Source: Colwellia polaris
GTDB taxonomy: Archaea > Nanohalarchaeota > Nanosalinia > Nanosalinales > Nanosalinaceae
Assembly: GCA_047617785.1 (NCBI GenBank)
Contig: JBLGBK010000008.1
Coordinates: forward strand, 1 to 42,571
Direction: 5' to 3'
DNA length: 42,571 nucleotides
A program made the translations under genes and the position numbers. The notes under the pieces are model-generated. The model searched no databases, had not been told where the DNA came from, and worked only from the letters and a program-made list of their open reading frames with translations. Every line of letters begins with the position of its first letter. Positions within the stretch are counted from its first letter, which is position 1. Shown here in pieces: positions 1 to 8,726 of this stretch.

Positions 1-798
1 AGCTGCCATGAATACAGTACGTGGGAAGGCAGGATCAAAGAACCGGAAGCAACAGACGCATACAATAACAGCGATACATCCACAAACATTCAGGCATGGA
101 ACACAGCTAACGCAGGAGCACCAGAAGCCAACCAAATAGAAAGCAGTACTGGACAAAACTCAATATTCGTAGGAGGATTCGCAGGAAAATGTTCAGCAGG
201 AGAAAGATGGGTATACGTTTCTGATAATAATGAATGGCGTTGTTCTGGAGACGTGTCGTGGGATCAATACGTTTTCCTACCTAATTCATCAAGCAATGAC
301 ATGATGGCCGTAGTATTCCCACATACAAATCTCTGGGAAGCATCTGATTTCGTTGAAAGCTCCTCCTTTACTCAATACGGTACATATCCTCGGGCCGTAA
401 AGGCGGCAGATAGGGAGAGTAAGTGGGGGACTACGCTGTCGGAAGTAGAGGTAACTTGTTGGCAGGGTACGGTGGATGATAACCCGGAAGATGTTTCAAG
501 TGACAATAAGTTCGCTACAACCAAGTCAATCAATAACCCCGAACAACCGTTTGGTGTAGCCCGAGAAATCAGCCACAGTGGTAATTACGCCTGTTCATGG
601 ACCTTTTTCTCGGAAACAGGTCAGAAAGTTGACGAAGTAGGAAATCTACGTGAAATGCATCTCCAAGACACAGAATTGATCAATACACATTTCACAGAAA
701 TCGAGGGTTTGCAAAAAGCTGATGGTGAAAATGCCGATTATTCAAATTACACTGAATTCCAGAATGAGGTTTCAGGGATGAATATACAAACAGGATAA
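1..798 (+). CDS. C-terminal part of a probably large secreted/surface protein (5'-partial)
   Basis: Frame 1 is open from base 1 (SCHEYSTWEGRIKEPEA...) and continues through the tracked 253..798 ORF. Acidic, Ser/Thr/Asn-rich, with scattered Cys and Trp. Confidence 0.75.
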   Translation, partial: SCHEYSTWEGRIKEPEATDAYNNSDTSTNIQAWNTANAGAPEANQIESSTGQNSIFVGGFAGKCSAGERWVYVSDNNEWRCSGDVSWDQYVFLPNSSSNDMMAVVFPHTNLWEASDFVESSSFTQYGTYPRAVKAADRESKWGTTLSEVEVTCWQGTVDDNPEDVSSDNKFATTKSINNPEQPFGVAREISHSGNYACSWTFFSETGQKVDEVGNLREMHLQDTELINTHFTEIEGLQKADGENADYSNYTEFQNEVSGMNIQTG

Positions 799-802
799 AA
801 CG

Positions 803-2074
803 TTAGAATCTAACTGAGATCTCAGGATCATCAATATCGCCACTTATCTCGAAATTCATCCCGGGTGATAGAACAGAACTAAGCCCCATATACTGCATAG
901 TATTGACCATAGTCTCTTGATCCGTTCCTGCCTTCAAACGCTCCATGGCGGTCTCTGCAGTTTCATCCGCTATACTTAGACTTTCTCTCATCTCTCTGTA
1001 TTCCATAAGTTCTCCTATATGGGTAAGTGTGGCTTTGGCAAGTTCCATCATTTCATCATCCTCTAGATTGAAAAGTGGAGAGGTCTTCCTATTATCTATA
1101 AACCAACTTCCTTCTTTTGGAGGGAAGTTTAACTCTCCTGAGGTGGAGTCAAGGTGATACATTCTATCTTCGTCGCGTTTGTAAAATGGCACAGTATGGT
1201 GTCCGTTATTTGGCAGTAATGTTGATTCGACATCCTCTAGTTCTTCTAGAGTAAAGGCCAAGTAATTAGCATTTCCAGAAGGAGGGCCACCTATCGCCTC
1301 CATCGCGAGTTCAGCCCATATAAGTGCGGTGTTTCCTATTCTTTCTTCGAAATCTTGTTCTCTAATATCTGTATTCGCCTCTTCTTCTGCCCAGTCGTAG
1401 ATCATGTTTGCTATATCCATCCAGGTGTCGCCTTCTTTGACGTAGCCGCCGTCATCACTGAATTCAGCGGTTTCGGATAGTACGTTTTCTCGGTGTTGTG
1501 TGCGTAGTTTCGTGAATAGTTCTCGGTCTTCGATCCATGTTTGTTGAAGTGCTTGTTCTGGAGTGGTTTCTACACTGAATGTTTCCTCAAATGTGTATGT
1601 TTCGCTATGGTTATGTTCTTCGTCGTTGACGGATAGTTCGAGGTGGAGTTGGTTGTTGCCGGGGAGAAGTTGTTCTGTTGGGAGTATATATTCTCCGTCT
1701 TCTCCTTCTTCGAGTTCGTCTAGTACTTCGTTGTAAAGTCCGGAGTCTTCGAGTAGTTCATTGCTGTAGTCCTTGTTGTCTCTGATTATGTATGCGTTCT
1801 GTATTTCTGCGTTGAGTAGTGTGGTTTCATCGCCTAGTTGTCGTTCTATTCCGGCTGTGAAACTGTAATTGTCTGTCTGGGTTGCGTCAATACTGTTTTT
1901 GTGGTCGCTTATCTGACTGTATTCTGGGGTAGGCTTGTCTGTACTTCTTCCGCTATTTCCGTTATTTTCGGTATCTTCGTCACCTTCTAGCATGTTGGTA
2001 CATCCGGCTAGACCTACTGTGCCTGCTGTACCGGCGGCTTCGAGTAAGCTTCTTCTGCTTATTCCATCAGACAC
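803..2074 (-). CDS. Tat-signal lipoprotein, acidic; possible degenerate transglutaminase-like C-terminal domain
   Basis: N-terminal SRRSLL twin-arginine motif, an h-region and an LAGC lipobox; GTG start. Confidence 0.75.
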   Translation of the reverse strand: MSDGISRRSLLEAAGTAGTVGLAGCTNMLEGDEDTENNGNSGRSTDKPTPEYSQISDHKNSIDATQTDNYSFTAGIERQLGDETTLLNAEIQNAYIIRDNKDYSNELLEDSGLYNEVLDELEEGEDGEYILPTEQLLPGNNQLHLELSVNDEEHNHSETYTFEETFSVETTPEQALQQTWIEDRELFTKLRTQHRENVLSETAEFSDDGGYVKEGDTWMDIANMIYDWAEEEANTDIREQDFEERIGNTALIWAELAMEAIGGPPSGNANYLAFTLEELEDVESTLLPNNGHHTVPFYKRDEDRMYHLDSTSGELNFPPKEGSWFIDNRKTSPLFNLEDDEMMELAKATLTHIGELMEYREMRESLSIADETAETAMERLKAGTDQETMVNTMQYMGLSSVLSPGMNFEISGDIDDPEISVRF

Positions 2075-2167
2075 TGTTATTTCACTACCTTACAATGATA
2101 ACTAGGTGTTTTTATATTTTTCGTTAAATCCACGGCTTTTTATTTAAATACAGATACTCTCTATACC

Positions 2168-2938
2168 ATGAAGAAACATTTTCTCCTAATTATTATCGCT
2201 GCTGCTTTATTGACTCCAGCGATAGCTCAACAGAGCATAGAGGTTAGCCACCCTGCATTTCACGAAGTCATAATTGAAGACGTTTCAGAAGAGGAGATAA
2301 ACGTTTCAAAATCTAACGCAACATTAGAAGACGTAAAACACTATATGGCTTTTGAAATTGACTCTAAAAGCCTTGACTCTGTAAATATCAATATAAGTCT
2401 GAACAAATCTTGGGTTGAAAATAACGGCTTCAAGGTCGATGATTTCGGAATCGCAGACAGTAATGGCTTACTAAGGAGATATTATTACTATGAATCTGAA
2501 GCTATACCTGTAACCGTTCCAGGAACATACTTCCTGATTAACGATTCAACTGCTTTTCTGGCACGTGACACTGTCTCAGGAGATTGCGGCTTATTTGTTG
2601 TAGAAAAGCCCAGTTTGGAAAGAACGGAAAGATGTAGCTGGATTCCACACAAATTAATAGCAAACTATGGTCTGTATATCGGTTTGTTAGCTTCCGCAAT
2701 TTTTATCCTAGTTCTATACCGCCTTTTCATATCACACGTGGAAAACAGGCTTTCAGAACTATCTTTTGAAGTTAATACGCAGGGGCATAACCTCTCCACA
2801 TTCAATGATGAAGAGCTGCAAACACTTTACCAATCCAATCAGAATGCCTCTCAAGGCAACTACTTGAAGGCGTATAAACTGCTTAAGAAATATGATAAAC
2901 AAGAGAAAGAGCGGGAAAGTCGGGAGTTCAATTTTTAA
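2168..2938 (+). CDS. Secreted membrane-anchored protein with PGF-pre-PGF-like domain
   Basis: Sec signal peptide. INISLNKSWVENNG...VTVPG resembles the PGF-pre-PGF domain. C-terminal TM helix with a cytoplasmic tail. Confidence 0.55.
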   Translation: MKKHFLLIIIAAALLTPAIAQQSIEVSHPAFHEVIIEDVSEEEINVSKSNATLEDVKHYMAFEIDSKSLDSVNINISLNKSWVENNGFKVDDFGIADSNGLLRRYYYYESEAIPVTVPGTYFLINDSTAFLARDTVSGDCGLFVVEKPSLERTERCSWIPHKLIANYGLYIGLLASAIFILVLYRLFISHVENRLSELSFEVNTQGHNLSTFNDEELQTLYQSNQNASQGNYLKAYKLLKKYDKQEKERESREFNF

Positions 2939-2995
2939 TTACTTAATCTGCTGTTGCAGTGTTATTTATTAAGCCGGAATTACAATTTGTAGTCA

Positions 2996-5900
2996 ATGAG
3001 GTTCAAGGCAGCTACAGCGCTCTTATGCGTACTTATGATAACAGGTTTTGCTTTTGCATATGAATCAGAAAGTACAGGTCCTGGAGGTAGTAATAACACT
3101 ACTCCTGGAGGTAGTAATAATACTACTGATGGCGACCCCGAGGATCCTGATGATTCGACCTCTACTGTGACTTGTAACAACGGTCAGGATGATAACAGTG
3201 ATGGTTCTACAGACATAGGAGATGGCTGCGTAAAGCCTTACTACAATGACTCTGTTGAGGGAATGATATGGGAATCCCACCTTGTATCAGTAATGGAGGG
3301 GTTCAGTTCTGATATAAGCGATAATAGCTCAGAAAGCTACAACGTTAACCCATCAACTACTGAAGCATTTTTCTTTTCAGGTTTTGTACAGCAAGGAAGA
3401 GACTCCTCCAACCGAGATTATGACTCTGGAAATGGGAGATCTGTAACTTTAAACTGGGTTGATGCGGCGCGAGCAGAAGATGACGCCTACGGTTTTGGAT
3501 ATCCGAAATCTGGGACTTTCCAAGACAGTGATTTCGGAAGCTATGATGGTCAAGACGTAGTTATAACAAATGGGAGAGTTATTGATGTACCTCATGATAA
3601 CTCAGAAGTCTGCGGAAACGGATTGGAGGAAAACACCGACGACGACGATAAAGTAGGAGATGATCCAAATCGGGAAAGTGCTACAACCGACTGCAAGAAA
3701 GATTATGGAGAAGTAAACGAAATATATGATAGAAGTATACCTTACGAACAGCCTCCTTGTGAAGGGGACTATGGTTTTAATGGACAAACGGTTAATAAGA
3801 CATGCGACTGTGATGAATCTTCCTGTAGTGGAAGCGGATGTACCAGCGGAAGCTGCAGCGATGGTAGTTGCTCGGCATCAGTAGAGGTAAACTGCAGTAT
3901 TGACGAAGACAACTCGGCTCAAGAAGGAAACCACTACTTCAGACCTGATGGAGATAGCATCATAAAATATGAATGTCAGGATGATGGTAATCCTGAAGGA
4001 ACGTACAGCGATCAAACAGACTGTAGTGTAAGCGGATGTAGTTCAAGCTGGAGCACGCCGTCTCACTCCTGCGATAACCCTGGAGGATGTAGCGCTGATG
4101 GTGACGATGCAGAAGCATCTGATGACTGTGAAGCAGGAGATGATAACAGAAACTTTCAACAGGTCGGTACAACAGATTGCAGCAATCATGATGTAGTGCA
4201 TGGAGGAGGAGACAAAAACAGGAATAGAGCAGACAATGATCCTGCGGCAACTTTCACCTCCTTCACAGCCCACAGCGACAGTTCATGGGGTTCGGCATAT
4301 ATGGAGGGCGGTGACAGTCAATCGGGCGGCGATTATGAAGGAAGTGTTTGGTGTGGTTACGATAATACTTTAACTGTAAACGCTGATGGACCGGAAGGAA
4401 ACGGCGACGGGTTCGTAGTTATAGATGAAACTCAGGGTTCAGGAACTAGCCGTGTTGTAGCCCGTGAAAGCCCTGATGGTTCCTCAAGCGTAGGTAGAAA
4501 TGTTCATTATGGAAATAATGGTGATGCAACCACTCTAGACAGCACTGATTACATTGGCAGGGCTGACCTAAGCTGTAGCGGCGAGCATAACGTCTGTATA
4601 AAATATGTTGACTTTACAACTGATACAAACAACTGGGATACCGTAAGTGGCGCGGTTCAGGCTAATGTTGAGTTTGAAGCATCCCCTGATGAATCTTACT
4701 CCGTATGTAAAACTATCAATAGGATTAATGAAGAAAACGGGGATGTACGTGGCAACGATCTGATCGACTGTGACTATATGAGTAACGGCCAAAGTTATTC
4801 TCCGCTTCCAGAAGCCTGTGGAGACGAACCTGACGAACATCTAATGATGATGGAAGGTCCAGAAGTAGCAGACTCCGCAACGGACGATGAACTACTCCAC
4901 CAACAGGAATGTGTCGACTGGACAGAAAATCCTCAAGACATGTATAATAGAGGACTAGATCAAAACGCATGTGTAATAGCAGGTAAACCTGTTGCAGAAG
5001 GCACAGTAAGAAGCGTAGCTGTTTCCCAAGGTGATGATGGTGGATATGAAGAAAACTTCAGAGACTACGAAAAAGGCACTGTCTCCCCTGATTGGGAAGT
5101 TTGTCTTGATATAAGAGATGACACATCTATAACTACAAGCTACCACGATGAAGAATACAACTACCGTTACGATGACCAGTCCAACCAGGGATACGGAGGT
5201 CAATGGTATGACCTAGATGATGAGAAAGTAAATACCTACTTAAGATCGAACAAAAACAATCTTCCAGAAAGCGTAACCACAAACATAAGAAGCGGGCAGA
5301 ATACCTACATCGATTACTACTATCAGGAAAATCCAAATCCTAGAGATTCAACATATAACCCTGAAGGTAATAGAGAAGGTACAGCAATACTCGCAGATTG
5401 TGGACCTCTACTTCCAGCTTGTGGAAACGAGAATGATGATCCGCAGCAAGGTATAAACGGTGAAGAAGGCACATACTTTGCATTCCTTCAGGAAACGTAT
5501 AATGGAGAACCTGTCAGAGATGAAGATTATCATCCACAGGGTGAAAATTCGGAAACCGGGATCAATCCTCGATTTAATCCTGCAGGAACTATTAACATGA
5601 TTAAAAGCCGGTCGGATCAGCTAACTCCGGGCACATATGATTATGATAACGAATTCAGCGGTATTGAATGGTACAGAGATACCCAAGTGGATCAAGATAG
5701 CGCCGTTCAGTATGCTTATACAAAATACCAGACCTGGTCTATAGCAGCTACAGGAGTGCCTTATCCTCCTTTCGGAGCACAGGAAATAGGTAACTATGTC
5801 AGAGGCAACGAAGGTGTTTACTACAGAGAAGACTCTAGTGCAGATAGAGGCCAAGATCCAAACTCTCAAACCATAGATAAGACAGAAAGGGCATTTGGTA

Positions 5901-7597
5901 ACTCTCTTGCAGTTGTGGCTCAAAGATCTGGAATATCGGATAATCAAGGAAACGCCATCTCAGAAGGAGAGGGGTACTGGATAGATCCTGATGATATGCA
6001 CTCAGAGTGGCGTAGTGGAAATATTGCAGGGATTGCAGGACTCAATCCTGATCCAGACTCCGAAGGATGGAGAAACCTTCTAACCTTCAAAGTAGATCTT
6101 ACAGGCCCCGATGCAGGTATCGGATATGATCTAGGTCAGCACCCTGAGTACGGTCTGAATAATGATGAAGTAGTGGAGCAAAGACAGAACGGTAAGACCG
6201 TATTCGCCGATATTTACTGGGAATCTCAGTATCAGGGAGACTCCAGTATACCTAGTTCCCTACAGGAACCGGTATGTGGAGATGATCAGAATGAATACCT
6301 GTTAGAAGAATTAGGAGAAGTGAATAACTCTGCAAGATATGACGGAAACTACGCATGTACAACAACCACTGAAGTGTGTTACGACAGTGGTGCTGATGGT
6401 AAACGACTCTTCAACAGAGAATCCTACAGAGACACAAATGATTTCTCAGAAAGTGAAGGAAGAACAAAGAATGATGAAGAAACCTGTAGAGAGTACGACT
6501 GGTCTGCTTCTAGATTTAGCGGGGTTAGAAAAGATTACTTCCCAGGATGGTACGATCAGGACTTCAGAGAACAGTACTGTAGAGAAAACACTCTATACGA
6601 GGAAGAAGGTGTAAGATGGTTCGAGGCCAGTACAGTTGAAAATAATCCTCACGCATTCACTGGTGGTATCGATGATGACTGGAACGAATACGTGGATGAC
6701 AAACTTGGAAATCAGGTAGATCCTTACAAATCCCGGCCTGATCAAAGCTCTTGGAGCAGTACAGAAACACCGGTACCAACAGGTACAAATGGAGAAAATA
6801 TGGCAACTAAAGGATTCTGTGGAGGAGATGATGATGCAGAGTATCTGGTAACTCAGGATGCCTCAACAAGTATCTTTGAATCGGATAACACGGTCCAAGG
6901 TGTTGCTACCGGACCTGATGTTTGTGTGGCTGATGGGGAAGTGATTGCAAGTAATCAGGAGGATGTAAACAGCGTTGAATATGAAGATAGTGATGGAAAC
7001 TGGCAGCCAATGACAGGAACCGACTCACGTAGACTTGTTCAAGAGGGTAGACGTATACGTCTAAACTATGATGACGATGCCAGAGAAGCAACATGTTTCG
7101 CAGGTAGCTTCCTAGAAGATTGGCCTGTTGTATTCCAAGAGAAGACAGTTAGTGTTCCAGAAGGAAATACAGTAACGACAACCTTCAGGCTAATCAATCC
7201 TGATGAACAGGAAATAGAATACGAAGTAGAAATGGATACCACTACCGATAGTTCCGTATCAGGCGCCGGTCTCGACAGCTTCACGTCCCTAGTCGATCAG
7301 GATGGTCAAACAGAGTTTACTACCGAGGTTCCCGCTAGAAGCGCAAAAAGATATCAGGTTGAGATTAGAGGAGGTAATACTGAAATCTCAGATCCGGATG
7401 ATAATTATGTCAGGGTCTTTGCTGATAGTACCGATGACAGGATAACAGGAAGTGACCGTGTCGGCGTTCAGGTTACCGAACCATCATCTACGGGCGCAGG
7501 AAGACAAGCTGATTCGCTGAATGAAGTACCGGGATTAATGCCGGTGCAGCTGCTTACAATCGTGATGCTTGCTCTAGCTGCAGTATTTATTTCTTAA
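2996..7597 (+). CDS. 1533-aa acidic Cys-rich cell-surface protein with a C-terminal VPGL+TM (archaeosortase-like) anchor
   Basis: Signal peptide; CNNGQDDNSDGSTDIGDGC Ca-binding-type motif; repeated CG(G)D(D/E)xxE(Y/H)L modules; Ig-like C-terminal segment; ends EVPGLMPVQLLTIVMLALAAVFIS. Confidence 0.85.
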   Translation: MRFKAATALLCVLMITGFAFAYESESTGPGGSNNTTPGGSNNTTDGDPEDPDDSTSTVTCNNGQDDNSDGSTDIGDGCVKPYYNDSVEGMIWESHLVSVMEGFSSDISDNSSESYNVNPSTTEAFFFSGFVQQGRDSSNRDYDSGNGRSVTLNWVDAARAEDDAYGFGYPKSGTFQDSDFGSYDGQDVVITNGRVIDVPHDNSEVCGNGLEENTDDDDKVGDDPNRESATTDCKKDYGEVNEIYDRSIPYEQPPCEGDYGFNGQTVNKTCDCDESSCSGSGCTSGSCSDGSCSASVEVNCSIDEDNSAQEGNHYFRPDGDSIIKYECQDDGNPEGTYSDQTDCSVSGCSSSWSTPSHSCDNPGGCSADGDDAEASDDCEAGDDNRNFQQVGTTDCSNHDVVHGGGDKNRNRADNDPAATFTSFTAHSDSSWGSAYMEGGDSQSGGDYEGSVWCGYDNTLTVNADGPEGNGDGFVVIDETQGSGTSRVVARESPDGSSSVGRNVHYGNNGDATTLDSTDYIGRADLSCSGEHNVCIKYVDFTTDTNNWDTVSGAVQANVEFEASPDESYSVCKTINRINEENGDVRGNDLIDCDYMSNGQSYSPLPEACGDEPDEHLMMMEGPEVADSATDDELLHQQECVDWTENPQDMYNRGLDQNACVIAGKPVAEGTVRSVAVSQGDDGGYEENFRDYEKGTVSPDWEVCLDIRDDTSITTSYHDEEYNYRYDDQSNQGYGGQWYDLDDEKVNTYLRSNKNNLPESVTTNIRSGQNTYIDYYYQENPNPRDSTYNPEGNREGTAILADCGPLLPACGNENDDPQQGINGEEGTYFAFLQETYNGEPVRDEDYHPQGENSETGINPRFNPAGTINMIKSRSDQLTPGTYDYDNEFSGIEWYRDTQVDQDSAVQYAYTKYQTWSIAATGVPYPPFGAQEIGNYVRGNEGVYYREDSSADRGQDPNSQTIDKTERAFGNSLAVVAQRSGISDNQGNAISEGEGYWIDPDDMHSEWRSGNIAGIAGLNPDPDSEGWRNLLTFKVDLTGPDAGIGYDLGQHPEYGLNNDEVVEQRQNGKTVFADIYWESQYQGDSSIPSSLQEPVCGDDQNEYLLEELGEVNNSARYDGNYACTTTTEVCYDSGADGKRLFNRESYRDTNDFSESEGRTKNDEETCREYDWSASRFSGVRKDYFPGWYDQDFREQYCRENTLYEEEGVRWFEASTVENNPHAFTGGIDDDWNEYVDDKLGNQVDPYKSRPDQSSWSSTETPVPTGTNGENMATKGFCGGDDDAEYLVTQDASTSIFESDNTVQGVATGPDVCVADGEVIASNQEDVNSVEYEDSDGNWQPMTGTDSRRLVQEGRRIRLNYDDDAREATCFAGSFLEDWPVVFQEKTVSVPEGNTVTTTFRLINPDEQEIEYEVEMDTTTDSSVSGAGLDSFTSLVDQDGQTEFTTEVPARSAKRYQVEIRGGNTEISDPDDNYVRVFADSTDDRITGSDRVGVQVTEPSSTGAGRQADSLNEVPGLMPVQLLTIVMLALAAVFIS
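3080..3127 (+). repeat. 24-bp tandem repeat x2 encoding PGGSNNTT
   Basis: cctggaggtagtaataacactact / cctggaggtagtaataatactact (1 mismatch). Confidence 0.9.
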
Positions 7598-7684
7598 ATT
7601 TTCCTTATTTTTCCTCAATAACTCAGATGATGTAATTTTCCCCATTTGATTGAAAAACGTAGAGTGGCTACATTTACCTGGATT

Positions 7685-8455
7685 ATGAAGCCTGCTGTCG
7701 AAATCTTAAGATCAATGATTGAGAAAGGACAGCATGAGATTGATAGAGAGACAGAGGGTCTACTGCTTTCCAGCCTATCCGCAGGCCTAGATATCGGGTT
7801 TGGCCCTCTCCTAATGGGGGTTATACTCACTCTGTCTGTTGGTAGTTACGGTGATCTACAGACTGAACTGCTTCTTGCCTCTGCCTACTCAGTTGGATTC
7901 ATATTCGTTATTCTTGGAAGATCAGAATTATTTACGGAACATACTACGTTAGCCGTTATGCCGGTAATTGATGGAAAAGCAACTCTCAAACAGTTAGGAA
8001 GGCTATGGGGATTAGTATATGCAGGAAATATCCTAGGAGGATTGATATTTACAGGCCTTGCAGTTCTTCTGATGCCAGGACTGGGGGTAGTAAGCCCTGA
8101 AGCATTCGGAACTATTGCAAGTAAACTTGTTAGCCATTCTGCTCGATGGCTTCTAATTGCCGGAATATTTGCTGGCTGGCTTATGGGCCTTCTTGCTTGG
8201 TTGGTGTCATCAGCTGAGAATACGATTGGAAGAGTATTCTTTATCTGGATGGTTACAGCTACAATAGGTATGCTCCATTTGCCTCATAGCATCGCAGGAA
8301 ATGTAGAGGTGCTCTTTGGGCTTTTTACAACAAGCAGCGTAACCCTTGTAGACTACTTGTCGTTCTTATCGTTATCAACAATAGGTAATGCGGTAGGAGG
8401 AGCATTTTTCGTAGGGATAATGAAATATAGCCACATAATTAGAGGAGCAAAATAG
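7685..8455 (+). CDS. Formate/nitrite transporter (FNT) family protein
   Basis: GRSELFTEHT, GNILGG, HSIAG and TIGNAVGG motifs; about 6 TM helices. ATG 7685 preferred over TTG 7646. Confidence 0.9.
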   Translation: MKPAVEILRSMIEKGQHEIDRETEGLLLSSLSAGLDIGFGPLLMGVILTLSVGSYGDLQTELLLASAYSVGFIFVILGRSELFTEHTTLAVMPVIDGKATLKQLGRLWGLVYAGNILGGLIFTGLAVLLMPGLGVVSPEAFGTIASKLVSHSARWLLIAGIFAGWLMGLLAWLVSSAENTIGRVFFIWMVTATIGMLHLPHSIAGNVEVLFGLFTTSSVTLVDYLSFLSLSTIGNAVGGAFFVGIMKYSHIIRGAK

Positions 8456-8597
8456 ATTTACACTGCTGCATGAACAGATAAATATTTAAAATTCGCTCTT
8501 GAGTTCCTAGATATGACTGGTGAATCTGTTCCTCAACGCAGTCTTGAATTTTAGAGGAAGTTTTCTCAGCCGCTGGTTTACACAATTCTATGTGATT

Positions 8598-8726
8598 TCT
8601 ATGATACGACACCTAGATTCAACTATGGGTGGACGCGTTCCGCTCACGACTAACTAAGTTCAATAAGGACTTGGTTAAACAATTTTCAAAATCTGAAATA
8701 ACCTACGCTTTTCTCGGTGAAATGTT
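8598..8726 (+). promoter_or_regulatory. Structured 5' leader of the Pro-free ProRS, with an 18-aa uORF (8601-8657, MIRHLDSTMGGRVPLTTN) and two hairpins
   Basis: Hairpins at 8626-8646 and 8651-8677; SD GGTGA at 8716-8720; blocks homologous to the leader at 31230-31335. Confidence 0.6.

Noticed and set aside
8621-8646. T-box riboswitch: AACTATGGGTGGACGCG upstream of an aaRS resembles GGGTGGNACCGCG
   Set aside because: There is no UGGNACC bulge and no recognisable stem I/specifier, and the segment folds as a simple hairpin. It is reported as a different leader motif instead.
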